A DNA stretch of 46,800 bases, taken from positions 1 to 46,800 of IMG/VR virus record IMGVR_UViG_3300037483_001799. One strand, written 5' to 3'. This stretch comes from a virus. Taxonomy: Duplodnaviria > Caudoviricetes. A program made the position numbers and the translations under genes. Numbering within the stretch: position 1 is the first letter of the stretch; the number at the start of each line of letters is the position of its first letter. This document shows, piece by piece, positions 16,094 to 23,169 of this stretch. The notes beneath the pieces are model-generated. The model did not search any database. It saw nothing but the letters and a program-made list of their open reading frames with translations, and was not told where the DNA came from.

Positions 16094-16386
16094 TGGTCGT
16101 CGCCTTGGCCGCAACCTTTTCCCGGGCGTGGGCCTGGGTCTCGGTCCGGCTTCCCGCGCCGCGGCGCGAGGTGGAAGCGCTTCGCGAGCGGATAGGGAAG
16201 CTCGAGAGACGGCTCGCCGAATTCGATTCTACCGGTACGCGTGATGCCGACCCACGGCCGAGCGTCGCCGACCGGCGCGCGGAAGTCCGACGCCTGCTCG
16301 CCGAAGGACTCTCGCAGGCGGAGGTCGCCCGCCGTCTCGGCGTCAGCCGGCAATGGGTCCACAAGCTGGTCCGTCGCGGCCTCTGA
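16090..16386 (+). CDS. Small HTH protein
   Basis: Coiled coil followed by GLSQAEVARRLGVSRQWVHK. Confidence 0.7.
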   Translation: MMVVALAATFSRAWAWVSVRLPAPRREVEALRERIGKLERRLAEFDSTGTRDADPRPSVADRRAEVRRLLAEGLSQAEVARRLGVSRQWVHKLVRRGL

Positions 16387-16438
16387 CCTGCGCCGGCTCC
16401 GGCACCTCTGCCACAACCGGATCGGAGACCTCCTGGTC

Positions 16439-17284
16439 ATGACCTTGGCCGGCCCGACGCTGCGCGCACTCTCGCTCGGCGCCGGCGTGCAGTCCACGAC
16501 GCTCGCGCTGATGGCCGCGCACGGCGAGTTCGGCGTCATGCCCGACTGTGCCATCTTCGCCGATACCCAGTGGGAGCCGGCCGCGGTCTACCGGCATCTC
16601 GCGTGGCTGGAGAGGGGCAACCCCGGATCCGGATCCGGGGCAGGCTTGCCGTTCCCGGTCCACCGCGTTACCGCCGGCAGCCTGCGCGATGCGATCGTCA
16701 GCAAGGCCACCGGCACGAAGGGACGATTCGCGGCCGTGCCGTTCTTCACCGGCGACGGCGGCATGGGCCGGCGGCAATGTACACGCGAGTTCAAGCTGGA
16801 ACCGATCACGCGGAAGATGCGCGAGCTGCTCGGTGTGCCGAAGGGCCGGCGGGTGCCGGCCGGCGTGACGGTGGAGGTCTGGATCGCCATCTCGACCGAC
16901 GAGGTCTTCCGCATGAAGCCGGCGCGGCACGCCTGGCAATCGAACCGGTGGCCGCTGATCGAGAAGCGCCTGAGCCGGTGGGATTGCCAGCGCTGGCTGG
17001 AGCGCCAGGGCTACTCCGTGCCGCCGAAATCATCCTGCATCGGCTGCCCGTACCACAGCGATGCGCTGTGGCGGGAGATGCGGGATACCGCACCGGGCGA
17101 ATGGGCCGATGCGGTCGAGGTCGACCGGCTGATCCGCGTCGGCGGTACGCTCCGCGGCATGCGCCAGCAGCAGTTCATGCACGCCTCGCGCGTGCCGCTC
17201 GACGAGGTGGACCTGTCGACGCCGGCCGAGCGTGGCCAGCCCGACCTGTTCCAGAACGAGTGCGAGGGAATGTGCGGCCTGTGA
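16439..17284 (+). CDS. PP-loop (adenine nucleotide alpha hydrolase / PAPS-reductase-like) phage protein
   Basis: LSLGAGVQST, FADTQWE, RQCTREFK..PI, PPKSSCIGCPY, C-terminal ECEGMCG. Confidence 0.75.
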   Translation: MTLAGPTLRALSLGAGVQSTTLALMAAHGEFGVMPDCAIFADTQWEPAAVYRHLAWLERGNPGSGSGAGLPFPVHRVTAGSLRDAIVSKATGTKGRFAAVPFFTGDGGMGRRQCTREFKLEPITRKMRELLGVPKGRRVPAGVTVEVWIAISTDEVFRMKPARHAWQSNRWPLIEKRLSRWDCQRWLERQGYSVPPKSSCIGCPYHSDALWREMRDTAPGEWADAVEVDRLIRVGGTLRGMRQQQFMHASRVPLDEVDLSTPAERGQPDLFQNECEGMCGL

Positions 17285-17418
17285 CGGCGTTGCAGACAAT
17301 CGAGCTGGCAGTGGAACGCCGGGCCCTTGACCGGCTGATCCCCTATGCCCGCAATGCGCGGACGCATTCCGACGAGCAGATGGCGCAGATCGCCGGCTCG
17401 ATCGCCGAGTTCGTTTAG
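17281..17418 (+). pseudogene. Truncated ParB-like N-terminus of a DNA methyltransferase
   Basis: LIPYARNARTHSDEQMAQIAGSIAEF then stop; homologous to the start of the 18151 gene. Confidence 0.8.
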
Positions 17419-17444
17419 CTCCACGTCGGAAGATCGGGTTCGCG

Positions 17445-18158
17445 ATGAATTCGCCGCGTGTGCGTCCTCGCGGCCGACGGCAGCGCGTCTGTGTGGATTG
17501 TGGTCGCTCGGAATTCGTCCGCTCCGACAATGCGGCCGTCCAGTGCCACCGCTGTAGCTCGCGGCTGAAGGGCGCGAAAGGGAATGAAGCACGCCGAAGG
17601 GCGCGACCGCGGCGTATTTGCGAGGGGTGCGGATCGACGTTCCACACGAGCCCCAGCGGCTTTCGCCGCTATTGCACCAAGACGTGCAGGCGCGAATCGA
17701 AGCGGGTCCGCCGCCAGTGTGCGTATTGCGGACATACGTTCGAATTGCTCCAGAGTGCGCTGTGCGGAAAGACGCATGCAGCCGGGCGCTTCTGCTCGCG
17801 GAGCTGCTACCATGCCCATCTCTGCCGAACCGACCGGGTCCACGGACGCGGATCGCGCTGGGCGAGCATTCGACGCGAGGCGATACGGCGGACGCCGTTC
17901 TGCGTGCTTTGCGGCACGACGCGGCGGCTCGACGTCCACCACATCACCCCCTATCGGCTTACGCGCGACAATGGACAGGGCAACCTGATCCCGGTCTGCA
18001 AGCGGTGTCACAAGGCGGTCGAGACAATATTCGTCGATCTCGAACCTCTCGTCGACGACCTGACCGTCACCCGCTTGGTCCTCCGGTCGAGTCTCGAGGA
18101 GCACCGACTGGCGACTTGGATGAAGCTCAGAGAAATCTGGTCGAACCTTCATGTCTGA
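17445..18158 (+). CDS. HNH endonuclease with multiple Cys-rich zinc-binding repeats
   Basis: Repeated CxxC / YCxxxC; CVLCG...LDVHH...NLIPVCKRCH. Confidence 0.88.
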   Translation: MNSPRVRPRGRRQRVCVDCGRSEFVRSDNAAVQCHRCSSRLKGAKGNEARRRARPRRICEGCGSTFHTSPSGFRRYCTKTCRRESKRVRRQCAYCGHTFELLQSALCGKTHAAGRFCSRSCYHAHLCRTDRVHGRGSRWASIRREAIRRTPFCVLCGTTRRLDVHHITPYRLTRDNGQGNLIPVCKRCHKAVETIFVDLEPLVDDLTVTRLVLRSSLEEHRLATWMKLREIWSNLHV

Positions 18159-19380
18159 ATTGGTACTGCAGAACTGGCCGATCGGCCGGCTCATCGAGTA
18201 TGCGCGCAACCCGCGCCGGAATGACGAGGTCGTCGATCGCATGTGCGCGGCCATCGCCGAGTTCGGGTTCCGCATCCCGATCATCGCGCGAAGCGACGGG
18301 ACGGTGGTCGACGGCCATTTGCGCCTCAAGGCGGCCCGGCGGCTCGGCCTCGAAACTGTCCCGGTGGTCCTCGCCGACGAGCTGAGCGACGCCCAGATCA
18401 AGGCCTTCCGCCTGCTCGCCAACCGGTCGGCGAGCTGGGCGGCATGGGACGATGATTTACTCCGTCTGGAGCTGGCCGAACTCCAGCAGGCCGAGTTCGA
18501 CCTCGACCTCACCGGCTTCGACCTCGACGAGATCGAGCGGTTCTTGCAGCAGCCGGAGAGCGAATCCGCCGACGGCGGCGCCGACGACGATGCCGTGCCG
18601 GAGACGCCGGAGAACCCGGTCACCCGGCCGGGCGATCTGTGGATTCTCGGCGAGCACCGGCTGCTCTGCGGCGACGCCACCCTGCTCGACGATGTCGAGA
18701 AAGCGATGGGCGGCGAGCTCGCCGACATGACGTTCACCGATCCGCCCTACAACGTCGACTACCGGAGCAAGGGACGCAAGAAGCAGCGCATCCAGAACGA
18801 CGCGCTCGGCGAGGGCTTCGCCCAGCTCCTCTATGACGCCTGCGTCAATATTCTCGCCGTCACCAAGGGCGCGGTCTATGTGTGCATGTCGTCATCGGAA
18901 CTGCACACCCTGCGCACGGCCTTTGCCGAGGCCGGCGGGCACTGGTCGACCTTCGTGATCTGGGCCAAGGACCGGTTCACGCTGGGCCGCTCCGACTACC
19001 AGCGCCAGTACGAGCCGATCCTCTATGGCTGGCGCTCGGGGACCGATCACTACTGGTGCGGCGCGCGCGACCAGGGCGACGTCTGGTTCCTCAAGCGCCC
19101 GGCGAAGAACGACCTGCACCCGACCATGAAGCCGGTCGAGCTGGTCGAGCGGGCGATCCGCAACTCGTCGAAGAGCCGCGACATTGTGCTCGACCCGTTC
19201 GGCGGCTCGGGCACGACGCTGATCGCGGCCGAGCGGGCCGGCCGGCGCGCCCGCCTGATCGAGCTCGACCCGCGCTATTGCGACGTGATCGTCGGACGCT
19301 GGCAGGCGCATTCCGGCGGGGACGCCATGCACGCCGCCGACGGCCGTCCCTTCCGCGACATCGCGGCAGGACCGCGCTGA
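18151..19380 (+). CDS. ParB-domain fused N4/N6 DNA methyltransferase
   Basis: YARNPR...GFRIPI...DGHLR ParB domain; TDPPYN, HPTMKP, LDPFGGSGTT. Confidence 0.93.
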   Translation: MSELVLQNWPIGRLIEYARNPRRNDEVVDRMCAAIAEFGFRIPIIARSDGTVVDGHLRLKAARRLGLETVPVVLADELSDAQIKAFRLLANRSASWAAWDDDLLRLELAELQQAEFDLDLTGFDLDEIERFLQQPESESADGGADDDAVPETPENPVTRPGDLWILGEHRLLCGDATLLDDVEKAMGGELADMTFTDPPYNVDYRSKGRKKQRIQNDALGEGFAQLLYDACVNILAVTKGAVYVCMSSSELHTLRTAFAEAGGHWSTFVIWAKDRFTLGRSDYQRQYEPILYGWRSGTDHYWCGARDQGDVWFLKRPAKNDLHPTMKPVELVERAIRNSSKSRDIVLDPFGGSGTTLIAAERAGRRARLIELDPRYCDVIVGRWQAHSGGDAMHAADGRPFRDIAAGPR

Positions 19381-19385
19381 CCGGC

Positions 19386-20456
19386 GTGCATGGTCTGGCT
19401 CTATCTTCCCCCGGCGGTCCGGCCGGCGGGGCGCTGTTCGGGCTCTCGCTCTGCGCCGGCGCGGGCGGGCTCGACCTCGGCATGGGCCTCGCCGTCGGCG
19501 GATATCGCACTGTGGGTTACGTCGAGCGGGAAGCCTGTGCCGCGGCCATCCTCGTGGCGCGGATGGAGGACGCGGCCCTGGATCCGGCTCCTGTCTGGGA
19601 CGACGTGGCCAGCTTCGACGGCCGCCCGTGGCGCGGCGCGGTGGACATCGTCCTTGCGGGCTATCCGTGCCAGCCGTTCTCGGTCGCCGGAAGACGGCAG
19701 GGGGCGGCCGATCCGCGGCACCTGTGGCCGCACGTCGCGCGCATCGTCGGCGAATGCCGGCCGCCCTTCGTCTTCCTCGAAAACGTCGCCCATCATCTCC
19801 GCCTCGGATTTGCCGAGGTCGCCGGAGACCTGGTCGGCATGGGCTACCGCCTTGCGGCAGGACTCTTTACGGCGGCGGAAGTCGGCGCGCCCCATCGGCG
19901 GGAGCGGCTGTTCGTCCTCGCCCACCGCGGAGAAGACGGACCGGTGGCCGACCCCGCGCGCCTGCTCGGGGACCCGGTCGAGCGGCGGCAACCGGACGGA
20001 GTTCGTGCGACTCTGGCCGACGCCGCAGACCGACAGCTTCCGCTCCCGCGGCGGGACGCGGCGCGACGAGCCGGGTCTCGACCGGCTGGCGCGGAGGTCG
20101 TTCGCGGCGGAAGTCGCCGGCGCCGCCGGGCAGAGGGTCGCCGACTGCCGGAATGCGAACCCGCACCTCCCGTCGCCGCTCTGGATGACCCCGACGGCAC
20201 GCGACTGGAAGGACGGCGCTTCGCTGACGGAGCGGGTGCCGGTGAACGGTCTGCTTGGCCGCCAGGTCCAGCGGACGATTCCGGCTGGAGGAACTACCTG
20301 CGGCGAGCGCCGCACCTTGAACCCGCTGTTCGTCGAGGCGCTGATGGGCTGGCCGGTCGGGTGGACCGGCTTCGCCTTTGCGGGAACGGAGTGGTCCCGC
20401 TGGTGGCGGCTCATGCGCTGCGAACTCTGGCGGTTGTCCTTGCCGCCGAAGAATGA
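19386..20456 (+). CDS. C5 cytosine DNA methyltransferase
   Basis: LSLCAGAGG (I), GYPCQPFS (IV), FLENV (VI), PHRRERLF (VIII), RLRLCGNGVVP (X). Confidence 0.9.
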   Translation: MHGLALSSPGGPAGGALFGLSLCAGAGGLDLGMGLAVGGYRTVGYVEREACAAAILVARMEDAALDPAPVWDDVASFDGRPWRGAVDIVLAGYPCQPFSVAGRRQGAADPRHLWPHVARIVGECRPPFVFLENVAHHLRLGFAEVAGDLVGMGYRLAAGLFTAAEVGAPHRRERLFVLAHRGEDGPVADPARLLGDPVERRQPDGVRATLADAADRQLPLPRRDAARRAGSRPAGAEVVRGGSRRRRRAEGRRLPECEPAPPVAALDDPDGTRLEGRRFADGAGAGERSAWPPGPADDSGWRNYLRRAPHLEPAVRRGADGLAGRVDRLRLCGNGVVPLVAAHALRTLAVVLAAEE

Positions 20457-20493
20457 CGGCCGCCGCCGGACGCATCGCCCGGCGGCGGCCTGA
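19390..20493 (+). CDS. Overlapping +1-frame ORF with WPTP repeats and LNPxFVExLMGWPxGWT
   Basis: 367-codon open frame with its own ATG; motifs typical of phage C5-MTase-associated sequences. Confidence 0.5.
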   Translation: MVWLYLPPAVRPAGRCSGSRSAPARAGSTSAWASPSADIALWVTSSGKPVPRPSSWRGWRTRPWIRLLSGTTWPASTAARGAARWTSSLRAIRASRSRSPEDGRGRPIRGTCGRTSRASSANAGRPSSSSKTSPIISASDLPRSPETWSAWATALRQDSLRRRKSARPIGGSGCSSSPTAEKTDRWPTPRACSGTRSSGGNRTEFVRLWPTPQTDSFRSRGGTRRDEPGLDRLARRSFAAEVAGAAGQRVADCRNANPHLPSPLWMTPTARDWKDGASLTERVPVNGLLGRQVQRTIPAGGTTCGERRTLNPLFVEALMGWPVGWTGFAFAGTEWSRWWRLMRCELWRLSLPPKNDGRRRTHRPAAA

Positions 20494-20505
20494 GGCTCGG
20501 GCGGG

Positions 20506-20733
20506 TTACGGCGGCGCCACGCGGAAGCCGCCGGCGTGCGGCATCGTCCCGAACAGGACGCCGGGCCCGTTGCCCTCGTCGTCGCGCGACGGGTAGAGGA
20601 TCGCGCCGTTGTCGAGGACGAGGGCCGCCACCCGCTGGTCGGCGGGCCAGCCCTCGACCGCGAGTTCGGACCGGCTCATCGGGCGGATGTCCACGATGTG
20701 CCGGCCCAGCAAGGCGAAGTCGGTATCGTTCAC
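20506..20733 (-). CDS. Hypothetical protein
   Basis: GGAGG RBS; LYPSRDDEGNGPG motif. Confidence 0.75.
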   Translation of the reverse strand: MNDTDFALLGRHIVDIRPMSRSELAVEGWPADQRVAALVLDNGAILYPSRDDEGNGPGVLFGTMPHAGGFRVAPP

Positions 20734-20746
20734 GGTACGCCTCCTC

Positions 20747-20968
20747 TCAGCTCGGCTTCTGGCGGCGATTGCGGCAGATCAGGCGCATGATCGTGTCGTC
20801 GTCGCTCTCGCCCGGGTGCTGTTGGCTCCGCAGCCGCTCCCACGTATCGTCGGCGACGGGCACCAGCCAGCCGCCGTCCGGCGCGCGCGTCGCGGTCGAG
20901 CGGAACGGCAGGATCGCCTCGTCCGCGATCGCGCGGTAGGTCGCGTCGCTCACCTTGATCGTTTTCAT
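20747..20968 (-). CDS. Small hypothetical protein, possibly ribbon-helix-helix
   Basis: MKTIKVSDATY...GESDDDTIMRL. Confidence 0.6.
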   Translation of the reverse strand: MKTIKVSDATYRAIADEAILPFRSTATRAPDGGWLVPVADDTWERLRSQQHPGESDDDTIMRLICRNRRQKPS

Positions 20969-20979
20969 GGCGCGCACCG

Positions 20980-21483
20980 TTACCCGACGATCTTGTACAC
21001 GCGACCGCGACCGTCGATCTTCTCCGAGGTCACGTCGAGGCCGAGCTTCTTCTTGAGGGCGCCAGCGATGGCGCCGCGCACCGTGTGCGGCTGCCAGCCG
21101 AATGCGTCTGCGATCTCGGCGATGGTGGCCCCTTCGGGGCGCTTCAGCATCTCGATCAGTTGCGCCTGCTTGCTCCCTTCGCGCATCTTGCGCGGGGCGC
21201 CGGCGGCCTTCGCGCGCCGGGCGCGCTTGGCCGTCTCCGGCTCGCGGGCCGGGGCAGGCTTCCGTGCGGCTTTGGGTTCGATCCCGACGGCGCGCATGCC
21301 GGCGTCGGTGACCACCAGCGTGCCCTTGCGGTTCTCCGCGACCCCGGCCTCGATGAGGGCGGCGATGACCTTCGTGCGCGCGCCGCCGCGGAGGTTGACC
21401 GGCCAGCGGATGGCGCGGTCGGCGCAACCGGCGGCGACCTCGATCAGGGAGTGCTGGGCAGGAGTGAGATTGATCGTCGACAT
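20980..21483 (-). CDS. DUF3489 family protein
   Basis: REGSKQAQLIEMLKRPEGATIAEI...GWQPHTVRGAIAGALKKKLGL. Confidence 0.9.
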   Translation of the reverse strand: MSTINLTPAQHSLIEVAAGCADRAIRWPVNLRGGARTKVIAALIEAGVAENRKGTLVVTDAGMRAVGIEPKAARKPAPAREPETAKRARRAKAAGAPRKMREGSKQAQLIEMLKRPEGATIAEIADAFGWQPHTVRGAIAGALKKKLGLDVTSEKIDGRGRVYKIVG

Positions 21484-21582
21484 GGTGGGCTCCTTGGGTT
21501 CGGGGGCGCGACCATCGCAGCCCCGTCACCACCCCGAGCCCCGGCCGCTTGTGCGGCACGGGGCGTCCGGAGCCCGGCCGGG

Positions 21583-21921
21583 TCAGGCCGTACCGCGAGC
21601 CTCCCGGTGGGCGGTGCGGATGGCCCGCACCCCCGTGTCGAACCAGCGGCGCCAGCTGCGCACCGCGAGGCGGGCCATGATGTGCTCCTCGATCGCCTCG
21701 CGGCTCGCCGGCCCGCCCGGGATGAAACTCAGGTCGTCCGCAAGGTGGCGGCCGAACCGGCTGTCGAGGAGGTCGCGGATCTCGGCGGGGGTGAGGTCGA
21801 AGGCGGTCGCAAGCGCATCGCTCGCCGCCTCCCACGCGAGCGCCGCGTCGTAGCCGTTGCGCACGCTGGTGCCCCAGAAGCCCCAGTCGGGGTTGGCGGT
21901 GCGCAGAGTGGTATTCGTCAT
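21583..21921 (-). CDS. Hypothetical protein
   Basis: TANPDWGFWGT...LDSRFGRHLADD. Confidence 0.75.
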   Translation of the reverse strand: MTNTTLRTANPDWGFWGTSVRNGYDAALAWEAASDALATAFDLTPAEIRDLLDSRFGRHLADDLSFIPGGPASREAIEEHIMARLAVRSWRRWFDTGVRAIRTAHREARGTA

Positions 21922-21958
21922 TGGGGTTCTCTCCGTTCGGTGATGTTGTCGTCGCGGG

Positions 21959-22183
21959 TCAGCGGGAACGGCCGCGGGCGATCCGTGCCGTCCGGTCGGC
22001 GCCGCGCGCCTTGCGGATGGCGACGAACCCTTCCCATTTGCCGCCGACCCGTTCGAAGCATTGCGAGGTCTCCCAGCGTTCGCCCCGGATCGTCGCCGGC
22101 CTCCAGACCCCGGCTTTGAACCCGGGCTGGTCGATCAGCAACTCGGCGGCGGGAATGAGGTCGAACATCGCGTCGTTCTTCAT
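21959..22183 (-). CDS. Hypothetical protein
   Basis: Fits the leftward gene run. Confidence 0.5.
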   Translation of the reverse strand: MKNDAMFDLIPAAELLIDQPGFKAGVWRPATIRGERWETSQCFERVGGKWEGFVAIRKARGADRTARIARGRSR

Positions 22184-22186
22184 GTC

Positions 22187-22456
22187 TCAGCCGATCTGCA
22201 CGATCAGGCGGGTTTCCGGATCGAACCAGCCATGGCGGCGGCCGATGCCGTCGGAGCCGAGCACCGTGAGATCGAAGTAGCGGCAGCGCTCGGGCGGGAC
22301 GTCGGCGGCCGCCCAGTAGGGCCGGACGATCGCGTAGGAGTCGCCCCTGTAGCAGTCGCCATAGATGGCGCCGCAATGCCGGCACTCGAACACCGTCGGG
22401 TGGGCCGTAGTCTTGCGGCGCTTCGCGTTGCAGGCGGGGCAGCAGGTGCAGGTCAT
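22187..22456 (-). CDS. Small Cys-rich (zinc-ribbon) hypothetical protein
   Basis: GAGGA RBS; CPAC...CRHC...RYFDL...RRHGWFD. Confidence 0.65.
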   Translation of the reverse strand: MTCTCCPACNAKRRKTTAHPTVFECRHCGAIYGDCYRGDSYAIVRPYWAAADVPPERCRYFDLTVLGSDGIGRRHGWFDPETRLIVQIG

Positions 22457-22614
22457 CGTCGGGTCCTCGGGCGTGATGGTGTCGCCGTCGGCCACACACA
22501 TCGCTCTTGTGCCGGCGAATTCCAAGCGAATAAACGGCTGCAATCGTTGCTTTTTTCGGCCCGACACGATCATTGGATTGCTCGCTCCCGGCTCGGGGCC
22601 CGGGACAGGCCGCC

Positions 22615-23169
22615 ATGCTGATCAGCCAGGCCGAATACGCCCGTCGGCGCGGGTTTTCGCGCCAGTACGTCGGACGGCTGGTGGCGCAGGGCGTGGTGCA
22701 ACTCGTCGGCGGCAGGATCGACGTCGCGCAGGCCGATGCCGCGCTCGCCGCCCAGCGCGAGCCGGCGCGACCGCTGCGGCGAGCAGGCGGCGGGACGAAG
22801 GGCCCGGCGACGTCGCCGGTGCCGGAAGCGGCGCCACGGATCGAGCCCGCGGGGCCCTTGGGACATGGCGCCGGAACCGGCGATCTTCCGACGCTGCTCT
22901 TGAAGACCCGGATCAAAAGCGAGGTCGAGCGGGCGAAGCTGCTCGAGCTGAAGGCGAAGGTCGAGGCCGGCAAGTATGTCGATGCCGACGAGGTGAAGGT
23001 TGCGGCGTTCAACCGTGCGCGGGTGGTGCGCGACGGACTGCTGAACATCCCCGATCGCGTCTCGGCCGTGCTCGCGGCGGAGAGCGATCCGCAGAAGGTG
23101 CACACGCTCCTGGCCGCCGAGATCCGCCAGGTGCTGGAGGAGCTGACCGGTGGCCCGGAGCGCAGCTGA
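22615..23169 (+). CDS. terS: Terminase small subunit
   Basis: N-terminal HTH SQAEYARRRGFSRQYV; AKLLELK...GKYV...RDGLLNIPDR; overlaps terL. Confidence 0.85.
   Translation: MLISQAEYARRRGFSRQYVGRLVAQGVVQLVGGRIDVAQADAALAAQREPARPLRRAGGGTKGPATSPVPEAAPRIEPAGPLGHGAGTGDLPTLLLKTRIKSEVERAKLLELKAKVEAGKYVDADEVKVAAFNRARVVRDGLLNIPDRVSAVLAAESDPQKVHTLLAAEIRQVLEELTGGPERS

Noticed and set aside
16439-17284. Dnd/Ssp phosphorothioation system
   Set aside because: Only one PP-loop gene; no other dnd or ssp components
17414-18265. Group I intron in the methylase
   Set aside because: The interval is almost entirely HNH coding sequence plus a second gene start, leaving no room for a ribozyme core
18882-19385. N-terminal extension of the C5 MTase as given in the ORF track
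   Set aside because: It overlaps the N4/N6 MTase in another frame; motif I begins just after GTG 19386
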